Below, piece by piece: positions 44,007 through 56,890 of a stretch of 60,134 nucleotides of DNA. The DNA comes from an uncultured Pelagibacteraceae bacterium (GTDB lineage Bacteria; Pseudomonadota; Alphaproteobacteria; Pelagibacterales; AG-422-B15): contig CACKXV010000004.1 of assembly GCA_902604225.1 (NCBI GenBank), positions 1 to 60,134 on the forward strand. The letters are read 5' to 3'. Positions within the stretch are counted from its first letter, which is position 1. Every line of letters begins with the position of its first letter. A model generated the notes under the pieces. The model searched no databases. It was given only the letters and a program-made list of their open reading frames with translations, and had not been told where the DNA came from. Made by a program: the position numbers and the translations under genes.

Positions 44007-44876
44007 ATGAGAGCGTCCAGAATTTCCCTTATCGTAGTTGGCCTAATTGCTATTATTTCATATTTTACATTGTTTACAGTTTTGGAAGTAAAAAATGCAA
44101 TTGTCCTTCAGTTTGGAGATCCAAAAAGGGTAATCACTGAACCAGGTCTTAATTTTAAGATTCCATTTATTCAAAATGTTATATTTATCGATAACAGAAT
44201 ATTAGACATCGATGCACCGGCAGCTGAAATTATTGCTTCAGACCAAAAGAGACTTATTGTTGATGCGTTTGTAAAATTTAAAATTGTTGATGTGTTAGAA
44301 TTTTATAAAGCCCTGGGGAATGAAAATGTAGCGAGATCAAGAATATCTGCTGTCGTCAATTCTCGTATTCGTGGTGTCTTAGGTGAAGAACCTTTAGCAT
44401 CAGTTCTATCAGAAAATAGATCTAAACTAATGAAACAAATCACATCACTTGTTGAAGCTGAAGTAAGAGATTTCGGCATTGAGATAGTTGACGTGAGAAT
44501 TAAGCGTGCTGATTTACCTGAAGCAAACAGTCAGGCTATTTTTGCTAGAATGCAAACAGAAAGAGAGAGAGAAGCAAGAGAGTTCAGAGCTCAAGGTGCA
44601 GAGATGGCACAAAAGATAAGATCAACTGCTGATAAAGAGGTTACAATAATTAAATCGCAAGCAGAAAAAGAAGCGAACATCGTTCGTGGTGAAGGTGACG
44701 GCATGGCAAACAAAGTCTTTGCAGAAGCTTTTGGTAAGGATCCTGAATTTTTCGCTTTTTATAGAGCTATGCAGGCCTATACTGAAGGTCTTAACAGCGA
44801 CGATACAACAATGATCTTGTCTCCCGAGAGTGAGTTTTTTGAGTACTTCGGGGACTTTAGCAGCGTAGGAAATTAA
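44007..44876 (+). CDS. hflC: FtsH modulator HflC
   Basis: PGLNFKIPF, DVRIKRADLP, RMQTERER, DPEFFAFYR. Confidence 0.96.
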   Translation: MRASRISLIVVGLIAIISYFTLFTVLEVKNAIVLQFGDPKRVITEPGLNFKIPFIQNVIFIDNRILDIDAPAAEIIASDQKRLIVDAFVKFKIVDVLEFYKALGNENVARSRISAVVNSRIRGVLGEEPLASVLSENRSKLMKQITSLVEAEVRDFGIEIVDVRIKRADLPEANSQAIFARMQTEREREAREFRAQGAEMAQKIRSTADKEVTIIKSQAEKEANIVRGEGDGMANKVFAEAFGKDPEFFAFYRAMQAYTEGLNSDDTTMILSPESEFFEYFGDFSSVGN

Positions 44877-44901
44877 ATTACATAATCTCCCATAATAAAA
44901 T

Positions 44902-45090
44902 ATGACCCAATTCGTATTAGGTTCTTTAGGCATGTTATTAATAATAGAAGGTCTTCTTTACGCCTTATTTCCAAGTAGAATGAAGGCAATGATTACCAGT
45001 ATGTTGAATATGGAAAATGACAAATTAAAATGGGGTGGACTAATGTCAGCAATATTGGGCTTTATAATGCTGTGGTCTGTAATCGAATGA
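44902..45090 (+). CDS. DUF2065 family small membrane protein
   Basis: IIEGLLYALFP; usual position after hflC. Confidence 0.88.
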   Translation: MTQFVLGSLGMLLIIEGLLYALFPSRMKAMITSMLNMENDKLKWGGLMSAILGFIMLWSVIE

Positions 45091-46490
45091 TAAAAAAATA
45101 TTTTATTTTTCCATTATCTCTATTCTTATACCTGAATGGTATAATCATTACGCTTGCCTTCACAGGCCCAGACACATTTTCTGATTTAGCAGAGAGCGTG
45201 TCTCCATCAGTAGTCAATATATCAACAACAGGTGTAATAGAGCAAACAGGACCTGAAGTGCCATCTATAGAAGATTTCTTTAACTTTCCATTTAATATGC
45301 CTCGATCTGAGCCGTCTGAACGTGAGTTTAGTTCCCTAGGCTCAGGTTTTGTTATATCTGAAGATGGTTTTATAGTTACTAACAATCACGTAGTTGAAAA
45401 TGCATCTGATATACAGGTCACATTTACAGATGGCGAAAAAATAGAAGCTGAATTGATTGCATTTGATGCAGAAACAGATCTTGCTCTTTTAAAGGTTAAT
45501 GCAAATAATCTTGATTATCTTGAATTTGGAGACTCTGATACAGCCAAAGTTGGAAACTGGGTTATGGCAATTGGTAATCCTCATGGCTTAGGGGGAACTG
45601 TTACTGCTGGGATAGTCTCTGCAAGAGGTAGAATGTTAGGAGGAAGATACGATGACTTCATTCAAACGGATGCCTCAATTAATAGGGGTAACTCAGGTGG
45701 ACCTCTTTTTGATTTAGATGGAAAAGTAATTGGAGTGAATTCGATGATTATTTCACCAAGCGGAGGATCAATTGGAATTGGTTTTGCCATTCCATCCAAC
45801 CTAGCTAAGAATATTATTGATCAACTAAAGGATACTGGAGAAATAGAAAGGGCATGGCTGGGAGTAAGAATACAGGAAGTAACTGAAGAGATAGCCCAAA
45901 GCTTAGGTCTCACCAAAACTTATGGTGCTTTAGTTCAAGGCTTAACACCAGATAGTCCAGCTCTAAGCGGTGGGGTAAAAGAAGGTGATATAATTATTGA
46001 GTTTAATGGAAAAGAAGTTGAGTCAGTTCAAACACTTCCAAAATTAGTAGCAGAAGCGAATATAGGGGAAAAAAGTAAAGTTGTTGTGTGGAGAGATGAA
46101 AAAGAAGTTATGTTAAACGTCAATCTCGGTAAACAACCATCTCTTGAAGAGCTTGCCAGCATTGAAAATAATGGATCATCAATTAATGTAGCTGAATTAG
46201 GCATAAAAATACGAACGATTTCAGATGAAGACAAAGACAGATTGCAACTGCCGTCAACGCAACAGGGTGTTTTAATATCTGAAATAGAAAATGACTCATT
46301 TCTGATAAGACAAAATATAAAAAAAGATGACATCATCATTGAAATACAAAACAAAGTTGTAAGTTCGACAGGAGATGTATTAGAAATTATTGATGAAGTA
46401 GTTGCTCAAGGAAAAGAAAATATTTTAATCGTCTTTTATGCTGGTCCTAATTCAAGAAAATACATAGGCGCAAAACTATCACTTGATTGA
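45087..46490 (+). CDS. degP: DegP/DegQ (HtrA) serine protease with two PDZ domains
   Basis: GSGF, TNNHVV, DLALL, QTDASINRGNSGG; start at ATG 45087 (ATGA overlap). Confidence 0.93.
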   Translation: MIKKYFIFPLSLFLYLNGIIITLAFTGPDTFSDLAESVSPSVVNISTTGVIEQTGPEVPSIEDFFNFPFNMPRSEPSEREFSSLGSGFVISEDGFIVTNNHVVENASDIQVTFTDGEKIEAELIAFDAETDLALLKVNANNLDYLEFGDSDTAKVGNWVMAIGNPHGLGGTVTAGIVSARGRMLGGRYDDFIQTDASINRGNSGGPLFDLDGKVIGVNSMIISPSGGSIGIGFAIPSNLAKNIIDQLKDTGEIERAWLGVRIQEVTEEIAQSLGLTKTYGALVQGLTPDSPALSGGVKEGDIIIEFNGKEVESVQTLPKLVAEANIGEKSKVVVWRDEKEVMLNVNLGKQPSLEELASIENNGSSINVAELGIKIRTISDEDKDRLQLPSTQQGVLISEIENDSFLIRQNIKKDDIIIEIQNKVVSSTGDVLEIIDEVVAQGKENILIVFYAGPNSRKYIGAKLSLD

Positions 46491-46496
46491 TTGTAT

Positions 46497-47372
46497 ATGT
46501 CTAAAGATCTAATAGTTATCTTTGGACCTACAGCAAGTGGTAAATCAAAAAAAGCAATCGACATATCTTTAAAGCATAAATCAACCATCATTAATTTTGA
46601 TAGTATGCAGGTTTATAAAGATCTAAGAATTTTAACTGACAGGCCTACCGCAGCAGACTTAAGTACATGCGATCATAGATTATATGGTTATCTAAATGGC
46701 GATGAATCAAGCACAGCAGCGTCGTGGTTAAACGATGCAGTAAATGAGATTAAAGAATGTTTCAGTAGTGATAGACTTCCCATTTTAGTGGGTGGTACAG
46801 GAATGTATCTAAATGCACTTAAGTTTGGCTTGGCTGATATTCCAGATATTGATGAAGAAATAAAAAATGAAACACAAGGTCTATTTGATAGTCATGGACT
46901 TAGATTTCTTTTTGATGTGATAAAAAAAAGTTATCCATCAACTAAAATTCAAGAAAACGACAGACAAAGAATATTTAGAAGCTACTCTCTTTTGAAGCAA
47001 ACGGGCAAGGTATTAGAACAGTGGCAATTAAATACCTCTCCTGCAATTGAAGATATAGATTACCAAATATTGCTAACAACTACTGATAGAGATAAATTGT
47101 ACCCTAAGGCTGAATCAAGAGTTGACCGTATGTTTGAAGACACTGTAGTTGATGAGGTAAGTGAATTATTAAACAAAGGCTATGACGATAATAAGTCAAT
47201 TATGAAAGCTATAGGAGTTAGGGAAATAAGCAGTTTCTTAAATAAAGATATTGATCTTAATGAATGTAAAAATGCGGTCAAAAAAAACACCAGAAATTAC
47301 ATTAAAAGACAGCTTACTTGGATAAAAGGTAATAATATTATGCAAAGCATTGATAAAAAGAAATTTATGTAA
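46497..47372 (+). CDS. miaA: tRNA dimethylallyltransferase
   Basis: GPTASGKS, DSMQVY, VGGTGMY, KRQLTW. Confidence 0.96.
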   Translation: MSKDLIVIFGPTASGKSKKAIDISLKHKSTIINFDSMQVYKDLRILTDRPTAADLSTCDHRLYGYLNGDESSTAASWLNDAVNEIKECFSSDRLPILVGGTGMYLNALKFGLADIPDIDEEIKNETQGLFDSHGLRFLFDVIKKSYPSTKIQENDRQRIFRSYSLLKQTGKVLEQWQLNTSPAIEDIDYQILLTTTDRDKLYPKAESRVDRMFEDTVVDEVSELLNKGYDDNKSIMKAIGVREISSFLNKDIDLNECKNAVKKNTRNYIKRQLTWIKGNNIMQSIDKKKFM

Positions 47373-47465
47373 TGCTATAATCTTATATTCTTTCCATTAA
47401 TTTAATTATGTTTGACTTTTATTACAAATCTCCATAGAAGGTCACTTCAAACATAAGGGGAATTT

Positions 47466-49234
47466 ATGGTTAATATTCAGATGACAGGTGCTCAAATGGT
47501 TTTAAAAGCATTTGAAGATCATCAAGTTGATACAATTTTTGGTTATCCTGGTGGGGCAGTTTTACCTATATATGATGAGTTGGCAAAGGAAAGGGATACC
47601 AACCAGCCTATTAGGCACTATTTAGTGAGGCACGAACAAGGTGCATCTCATTCTGCAGAGGGATATGCTAGATCAAGTGGTAAAGTTGGGGTCATGCTTG
47701 TTACGTCTGGTCCTGGAGTTACGAACTCGGTTACAGGACTAACTGATGCTATGATGGATTCGATCCCAATTGTTTGCATAAGTGGTCAAGTGCCTACTCA
47801 TTTAATTGGAACTGATGCTTTCCAAGAATGTGATGCCGTTGGCATTACGAGACCTTGCACAAAACATAATTGGCTTGTTAAAGATATCAATGATCTCTCA
47901 AGAATTCTCCACGAAGCATTTTACGTTGCTTCAAGTGGAAGACCTGGACCAGTTTTAGTTGATATACCAAAAGATATTCAATTTCAGACAGGTACGTATA
48001 TTGGCCCTGAAACTGTTAAACATAAATCGTATAGACCAAAGTTAAAGGCAAATATCGATCAAATTGATGATGCGCTAAAATTAATAGCGGATGCTGAAAA
48101 ACCTATTTTTTACACTGGTGGAGGTGTTATTAATTCTGGAAATGCAGCCGTTCAATTACTAAGGGAATTTGTTCGGTTAACTGGTTTTCCAATTACATCT
48201 ACATTACAAGGATTAGGAGCCTATCCTGGCGATGACTCACAGTTTATTGGCATGTTAGGTATGCACGGTACTTATGAAGCTAATATGGCTATGAACGAAT
48301 GTGACTTAATGATTAATATTGGAGCCAGATTTGATGATAGAATAACTGGTAAAATAGATGAGTTTTCTCCAAACTCAAAAAAAATCCATATTGATATTGA
48401 TCCTTCATCAATCAACAAGATTGTTAAAGTTGATGTGCCATTAATAGGTGATGTTGCACATGTGCTAGAAGACTCAATAAAATTATGGAAGTCTAAAGTT
48501 TATAAAATTAATAAGACTCCTTTAAAGGAGTGGTGGAAAACCATTGATAAATGGAAAGAAAAAGACTCACTTAAATTTGATAGAGATAAAAATACAATAA
48601 AACCTCAATACGCAATCCAGAGACTGTATGATTTAACAAAGGATAAAGATGTATTTGTTACAACTGAAGTTGGCCAACATCAAATGTGGGCTGCTCAATA
48701 TTATAAATTTTCAAAGCCTAATAGATGGATTACATCAGGTGGACTAGGAACAATGGGATTTGGTTTACCCGCTGCAATCGGAGCACAGGTAGCTCATCCT
48801 GATAAACTAGTTATTGATATAGCAGGTGAGGCTTCTATTCTGATGTGCATTCAAGAAATGTCGACAGCAATTCAACATAAGCTTCCTGTCAAAATATTTA
48901 TTATTAATAACCAATACATGGGCATGGTTAGACAGTGGCAAGAGTTATTGCATGATAAGCGTTACTCCCATAGTTATACTGATGCATTGCCAGATTTTGT
49001 TAAACTAGCTGAAGCTTATGGCGCTAAAGGCATAAGAGTACAAAAACCTAATGAGTTAGATAAAGGGATAAATGAAATGATCGAATATGATGGGCCGGTT
49101 ATATTTGACTGTGTTGTAGAACAGAATGAAAATGTTTATCCAATGATACCATCTGGTAAGGCTCATAATGAAATGCTGCTTGGGGACGAAACCAAAAAAG
49201 AAGAAATTTCAGATGAAGGAAAAGTTTTAGTTTA

Positions 49235-49235
<1 letters not shown>
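47466..49235 (+). CDS. ilvB: Acetolactate synthase large subunit
   Basis: FGYPGGA, RHEQ, TSGPG, GARFDDR, VGQHQMW, SGGLGTMG, GMVRQWQ. Confidence 0.96.
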
Positions 49236-50771
<1,536 letters not shown>

Positions 50772-50908
50772 TTATTATTTAGTTTTCAGACTTAAAAGAT
50801 ACGATATAGCCCAATATTTGTTCAATTTTGAGTAATTTATTGCGAATTTCTGAATATTCATATATTTATCCTGTATCTTTGAAAACAAACTAAAGTGCAT
50901 ATTTTGTA

Positions 50909-51010
50909 ATGAAAAAAATATATTTAACTAACTTCTGCATATCATTAGGAGAATGCACTCTTCTATCTCTCTTGCTGTTAAAACTGCTTAGCAGCCCCCG
51001 GGCGACTTAA
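50909..51010 (+). CDS. Putative leucine-sensing leader peptide (33 aa)
   Basis: MKKIYLTNFCISLGECTLLSLLLLKLLSSPRAT*; 10 Leu, 8 of them within 10 codons using all six Leu codons; directly upstream of leuA. Confidence 0.75.
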   Translation: MKKIYLTNFCISLGECTLLSLLLLKLLSSPRAT

Positions 51011-51026
51011 AACTTGCCTCAGGGGG
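50995..51026 (+). promoter_or_regulatory. GC-rich hairpin in the leuA leader
   Basis: CCCCC-GGGCGA / TTGCCT-(CA bulge)-GGGGG with 8-nt loop containing the leader stop codon; only a weak U-tract follows. Confidence 0.65.
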
Positions 51027-51071
51027 ATACTTAATTTTAACACAATTTATATATAACCAAGGGATTTAAAG

Positions 51072-52622
51072 ATGACTAAAAATAGTAACCACATAAAAAT
51101 ATTTGATACTACATTAAGAGATGGAGAGCAATCTCCAGGTGCTTCAATGAATATTGAGGAGAAGCTAAAAATTGCTGGGGCATTAGAGGAATTAAAAGTT
51201 GATATTATTGAAGCTGGATTTCCTGCTGCTTCTAAAGGTGATTTTGAAGCAGTTTCAGAAATATCAAAAAAAATCAAAGACTCATCAATATGTGCTTTGA
51301 GTAGAGCTTCTAAAAGCGATATTGAAACCGCAGCTAAAGCTCTTAAAGATGCAAATGCCCCTAGAATTCATACATTCATTTCAACAAGTGATTTACACAT
51401 GAAGCATAAATTGCAACTAAATGCTGAAGAAGTTTATAAAAAAGTAATTGATAGCGTCTCTTTTGCAAGAAACTTGTGTGACGATGTTGAATGGTCTTGT
51501 GAAGATGGAACGAGAACTAATCTGGACTTCATGTGCCGTACTGTTGAAGCTGCAATAAAGAACGGTGCCTCGACTATTAATATACCAGACACAGTAGGCT
51601 ATTCAATTCCAGATGAATTCACAAATATAATTACGCATCTTATTAATAATGTACCTAATATAGATAAAGTAACAATTTCGACACACTGTCATAATGACCT
51701 TGGCCTTGCTGTTGCTAATTCTTTGGCTGGCGTTAGAGCTGGAGCAAGACAAATTGAGTGTACTATTAATGGTCTTGGTGAAAGAGCTGGAAATGCTGCG
51801 ATGGAAGAAGTGGTTATGGCAATGCGAACTAGAAACGATATGATGCCCTACGAAACGAGCATTGTAACAGAAAAACTTACCAAGACTTCCAAGCTTGTGT
51901 CTGCTGTTACTGGATTTCCTGTTCAATTTAACAAAGCAATTGTTGGAAAAAATGCTTTTGCGCATGAGGCAGGAATTCATCAAGATGGGATGTTAAAAAA
52001 TAATAAAACTTATGAAATCATGACGCCTGAAAGTGTCGGTGTATCTGAGTCTAATCTTGTTATGGGTAAGCATTCTGGAAGACATGCATTCAAACAGAAG
52101 ATAATAGAACTTGGTTATAGTGTTAATGACAATGTGATAGAAGAAGCTTTTGAAAATTTTAAAAGCTTGGCTGATAAAAAAAAGAACATATATGATGAAG
52201 ATATTGTAGCCATTATCGATGATCAGGTAATTAGAATTAATGATTCAATAATCTTAAAAGACTTGCAAGTGATTGCAGGTACAAAAGGACCTCAACAAGC
52301 TGAAATAAATTTGATGATAGAAGATAAATTAAACAACATTACCTCTACTGGCGATGGACCAGTTGATGCAATATTTAATGGTTTAAGTAAATTAGTACCA
52401 CACAAAGCTAAATTACTCCTGTATCAGGTACATGCTGTTACTGAAGGAACAGATGCTCAAGCTGAGGTATCTGTCAGACTTTCAGAGGATGGAAAAACTG
52501 TTGTTGGTTTAGGATCTGATACGGATACATTAGTAGCTTCAGCAAAAGCTTATATCAATGCATTAAATAAATTAGTTGTTAAAAGAGAAAAATCTGCACC
52601 AGCTAAAATGTCAGGTATTTAA
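51072..52622 (+). CDS. leuA: 2-isopropylmalate synthase
   Basis: DTTLRDGEQ, PDTVG, HCHNDLG, GERAGN, HQDG, C-terminal regulatory domain GDGPVDA. Confidence 0.98.
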   Translation: MTKNSNHIKIFDTTLRDGEQSPGASMNIEEKLKIAGALEELKVDIIEAGFPAASKGDFEAVSEISKKIKDSSICALSRASKSDIETAAKALKDANAPRIHTFISTSDLHMKHKLQLNAEEVYKKVIDSVSFARNLCDDVEWSCEDGTRTNLDFMCRTVEAAIKNGASTINIPDTVGYSIPDEFTNIITHLINNVPNIDKVTISTHCHNDLGLAVANSLAGVRAGARQIECTINGLGERAGNAAMEEVVMAMRTRNDMMPYETSIVTEKLTKTSKLVSAVTGFPVQFNKAIVGKNAFAHEAGIHQDGMLKNNKTYEIMTPESVGVSESNLVMGKHSGRHAFKQKIIELGYSVNDNVIEEAFENFKSLADKKKNIYDEDIVAIIDDQVIRINDSIILKDLQVIAGTKGPQQAEINLMIEDKLNNITSTGDGPVDAIFNGLSKLVPHKAKLLLYQVHAVTEGTDAQAEVSVRLSEDGKTVVGLGSDTDTLVASAKAYINALNKLVVKREKSAPAKMSGI

Positions 52623-52639
52623 TTAAGGAGAATAGATGA

Positions 52640-53680
<1,041 letters not shown>

Positions 53681-53698
53681 ATTAAAAAAGGTCTGAAA

Positions 53699-54541
53699 GT
53701 GAGGCTTTCAAGAAATTTAAGAGACCAAAAAATACTAAATCCAAGTAGCAGGGTTTTTATTTTTGCAATTATACTCTTCGCCTTCTCAGTTATTTTATTT
53801 ATTGGAAGGTTTGAATTAACACAAACGGCAAAGAACTTGAGATCACAAGTTACCAGTATCTCTTATTCTATTTCACATATTGTATCAATGCCGTCAAACG
53901 TAATAAATTCAGGAATACAATCTATTATAGATTTAAAAGAAATTTATCAGCAACTTGAAAATTATAGAAAAAATCAACTCTCTAACTCTTCTTCATTTCA
54001 AGATATTGTTTCTATGAAATTAAAAATAGCTCAATATGAAGAGTTATTAAATCTAACAGCTGACCTAGAATATGATTTTGTTACTTCGAGAATAGTGGCA
54101 GATTTTTCAGATAAAATTATAGGGACTATCCTGATAAAATCTAATGAAACTGAAAAACTATTTGTTGATATGCCAGCCACAGGCCCGACTGGCATTTTAG
54201 GTAGAGTATCATCAGTAGATAATAAGATTGCAAGAGTATTACTGCTTAATAATATTAATAGTAGGTTGCCAGTCAGTATTTCTGAGAACGCGTATCAAGG
54301 AATTATGATTGGGCAGGGTCAAAAAAACCCAATAGTTGAGTATGTTAGGGAATATAAAAACATAAACGTTGGAGATATAGTTTCAACTTCTGGAAAGGGA
54401 GGAATTTTTCCACCCTACTTAGTTGTAGGGCAAGTCTCAAGTATAGATGGTGAAAGGATTGAGGTTGAATTAATTGAAGACATTAGTCAACTAACACACA
54501 TAAGATTGTTAAACTATAAATTTAATCAGAATAATGAGTAA
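53699..54541 (+). CDS. mreC: Rod shape-determining protein MreC
   Basis: TM, coiled coil, GILGRV, STSGKGGIFP. Confidence 0.9.
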   Translation: MRLSRNLRDQKILNPSSRVFIFAIILFAFSVILFIGRFELTQTAKNLRSQVTSISYSISHIVSMPSNVINSGIQSIIDLKEIYQQLENYRKNQLSNSSSFQDIVSMKLKIAQYEELLNLTADLEYDFVTSRIVADFSDKIIGTILIKSNETEKLFVDMPATGPTGILGRVSSVDNKIARVLLLNNINSRLPVSISENAYQGIMIGQGQKNPIVEYVREYKNINVGDIVSTSGKGGIFPPYLVVGQVSSIDGERIEVELIEDISQLTHIRLLNYKFNQNNE

Positions 54542-54549
54542 GAAATTTT

Positions 54550-55035
54550 ATGATTGATCTTAAAATAGGCAATTTATTAATTTATCTTATTCTATTTTTT
54601 ACTACATCATCAAATCTTGTATTCAGTTCGACTTATTTTGACCTTACATTGATTAGCTGCTTGATAATATATGTTTTAAAGTGGAATGAAGCGAATTGGT
54701 TCATCTGTATCATATTATTTATGTTAGGAATCTATAATGATATCTTAATCTCAACTCCTTTTGGCTATACAAGTTCTCTATTCCTTTTCTTTTATTTAAT
54801 AGATCGAGTAGGAAATTTCTTTAGTATGCCATCAAATACAAACATCAAATTTATTATATTTTCATTATTCGTACTAATATTGTTTTCCATAAATTACTTT
54901 ACGATTTATTTTATCTATAGCACATCAATGCCGTTCTTTGTAAATCTTGCATCTTATATGGCAGTAATATTATTATACTATCCATTAAATTTTATAATTG
55001 GATCAATTCAAAATAAATATGTCAGAGTCAAATAA
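54550..55035 (+). CDS. mreD: Rod shape-determining protein MreD (diverged)
   Basis: Hydrophobic 161 aa, LGIYNDILISTPFG; between mreC and mrdA. Confidence 0.8.
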   Translation: MIDLKIGNLLIYLILFFTTSSNLVFSSTYFDLTLISCLIIYVLKWNEANWFICIILFMLGIYNDILISTPFGYTSSLFLFFYLIDRVGNFFSMPSNTNIKFIIFSLFVLILFSINYFTIYFIYSTSMPFFVNLASYMAVILLYYPLNFIIGSIQNKYVRVK

Positions 55036-56890
55036 ATTTATCTTTAAGAAATATGATGCAAATGCGTCAATTAACAGAAGAACAGCAATTATAACAATTG
55101 CAAAAGCCGGATTATTTTCAATACTAGGCGCAAGACTTGCTTACCTCCAGATTGTAGATAAAGATAAATACGAAATACTTTCAGATAATAATCGAATTAC
55201 TCATCGTTTAATAGAGCCTCAAAGGGGAATTATATATGACCTACAAGGTAAGCCTTTGGCAATTAACCGTCAACGATATGAAGTTGTAATTATTAGAGAA
55301 GAAACTTCAGACTATATAAAATCTATTGAAAATTTAAAAAATATATTACCTGATGTAAATATAGATACCGAGAAACTGTATTCAGAAATAAAAAAAACAA
55401 AAAAATTTATTCCAATAAAAGTGTTAGATGATTTATCTTGGGATCAATTTTCCCGACTTAACGCCAACATTCATAAAGTTGATGGACTATATCCTCAAAT
55501 TGGTTTTAAGAGATATTATACAAGTGGACAATCTCATTCTCATATTATTGGGTATACAGCTCCTCTCGATAAAAAAGAAAAAGACACTAATACATTAGCT
55601 GATTTAAGTTCAGCAAAATCAGGAAAACTAGGAATTGAAAAAGCCAAAGACGTCAGTTTAAGAGGTAAATTGGGCAATAAAAATGTTGAAGTTAATGCAA
55701 ACGGGAGAGAAATTCGAGAATTAGACAGATATGAAAGCATTCAAGGTAAAAATATTCAACTTACAATTGATTCAGACCTTCAAGACTATTGCTACAAAAG
55801 CTTGAATGATCAAAGTGGATGTGTGGCGGTTACTAATATTAAGACTGGAGAATTTTATGCATTAGTCTCATCACCATCATATGATCCCAACTTGTTTTCC
55901 AAGAGTATATCATCAGAAAAATGGAATTCTCTTACAGACAATATTTATAAACCTCTAATAAATAAATCAATTTCAAGTCAATACCCTCCCGGTTCGACAA
56001 TTAAACCATTTGTGGCACTTGCGGCATTAGAAAATGGTGTTAGTGAAAAAAGAGAAGTTTATTGTAACGGAAAACATGAAATTAAAGATACAAGTCTTGA
56101 GTCAGGCATTAAAACTTTTCACTGTTGGAAAGAGGAAGGTCACGGAAACGTCAACTTGAATGAGGCACTAAAAGTTTCGTGCGATGTATATTTTTATCAA
56201 ATATCTAGAGAAATTGGCATCAACAAAATTGCTGAAGTATGTAAAAGGTTTGGGTTTGGGCAAAATGTTTTTGATTCATTTTATGAGGAAAAAAAAGGAA
56301 TTGTTCCTTCAAAAGATTGGAAGTTAGAGTCTATTGGTACACCTTGGATGGTTGGAGAAACCCTCTCAGCAGGAATTGGACAAGGTTATTTTCTTACAAC
56401 CTGTGCACAATTAAGCCTTGCATTAGGTCAATTAATCAATGGAGGAGAGAAAATAATTCCTACAATTGTTATGGGTAAAAATAAGGATGTTCAGAAAAAT
56501 CAAAAAATATCTTTAAATCCCAAGCATCTAGCTATCATCAAAAAGGGTCTTGAGGATGCAACCAATACACAAGGTGGAACATCATTTAGATCACGTATTC
56601 CCGGTAATCTAAAAATGGCTGGTAAAACTGGCACTTCTCAAGTTAGAGTTATTAGCTCGCAAGAAAGAGAAGAGGGCTTAAAAAAGAACAATGAATTACC
56701 GTGGGAAAAACGTGATCATGGTTTATTTATTGGATATGGACCAATAAATAATCCTCAATATGCAGTATCAGTAATAATAGAACATGGAGGAAGTGGCTCT
56801 GGAGCCGCAGCACCAGTTGCTTCAAAAATATTCAAATATTTGTTTGATAATAACTTAAACTTAAAAAGTAAGAGCATTTCCAATGTTTAG
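55019..56890 (+). CDS. mrdA: Penicillin-binding protein 2
   Basis: RGIIYD, YPPGSTIK, SCDVYFY, GKTGTSQ, RDH; start at ATG 55019. Confidence 0.96.
   Translation: MSESNKFIFKKYDANASINRRTAIITIAKAGLFSILGARLAYLQIVDKDKYEILSDNNRITHRLIEPQRGIIYDLQGKPLAINRQRYEVVIIREETSDYIKSIENLKNILPDVNIDTEKLYSEIKKTKKFIPIKVLDDLSWDQFSRLNANIHKVDGLYPQIGFKRYYTSGQSHSHIIGYTAPLDKKEKDTNTLADLSSAKSGKLGIEKAKDVSLRGKLGNKNVEVNANGREIRELDRYESIQGKNIQLTIDSDLQDYCYKSLNDQSGCVAVTNIKTGEFYALVSSPSYDPNLFSKSISSEKWNSLTDNIYKPLINKSISSQYPPGSTIKPFVALAALENGVSEKREVYCNGKHEIKDTSLESGIKTFHCWKEEGHGNVNLNEALKVSCDVYFYQISREIGINKIAEVCKRFGFGQNVFDSFYEEKKGIVPSKDWKLESIGTPWMVGETLSAGIGQGYFLTTCAQLSLALGQLINGGEKIIPTIVMGKNKDVQKNQKISLNPKHLAIIKKGLEDATNTQGGTSFRSRIPGNLKMAGKTGTSQVRVISSQEREEGLKKNNELPWEKRDHGLFIGYGPINNPQYAVSVIIEHGGSGSGAAAPVASKIFKYLFDNNLNLKSKSISNV

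Noticed and set aside
47408-47437. Mini-ORF MFDFYYKSP* upstream of ilvB as an attenuator leader
   Set aside because: No Ile/Leu/Val codons, no SD, no terminator
50953-50991. Alternative leuA-leader ORF MHSSISLAVKTA* after AGGAG
   Set aside because: SD-to-ATG spacing is only about 1 nt and it has a single Leu; the Leu-rich frame fits better
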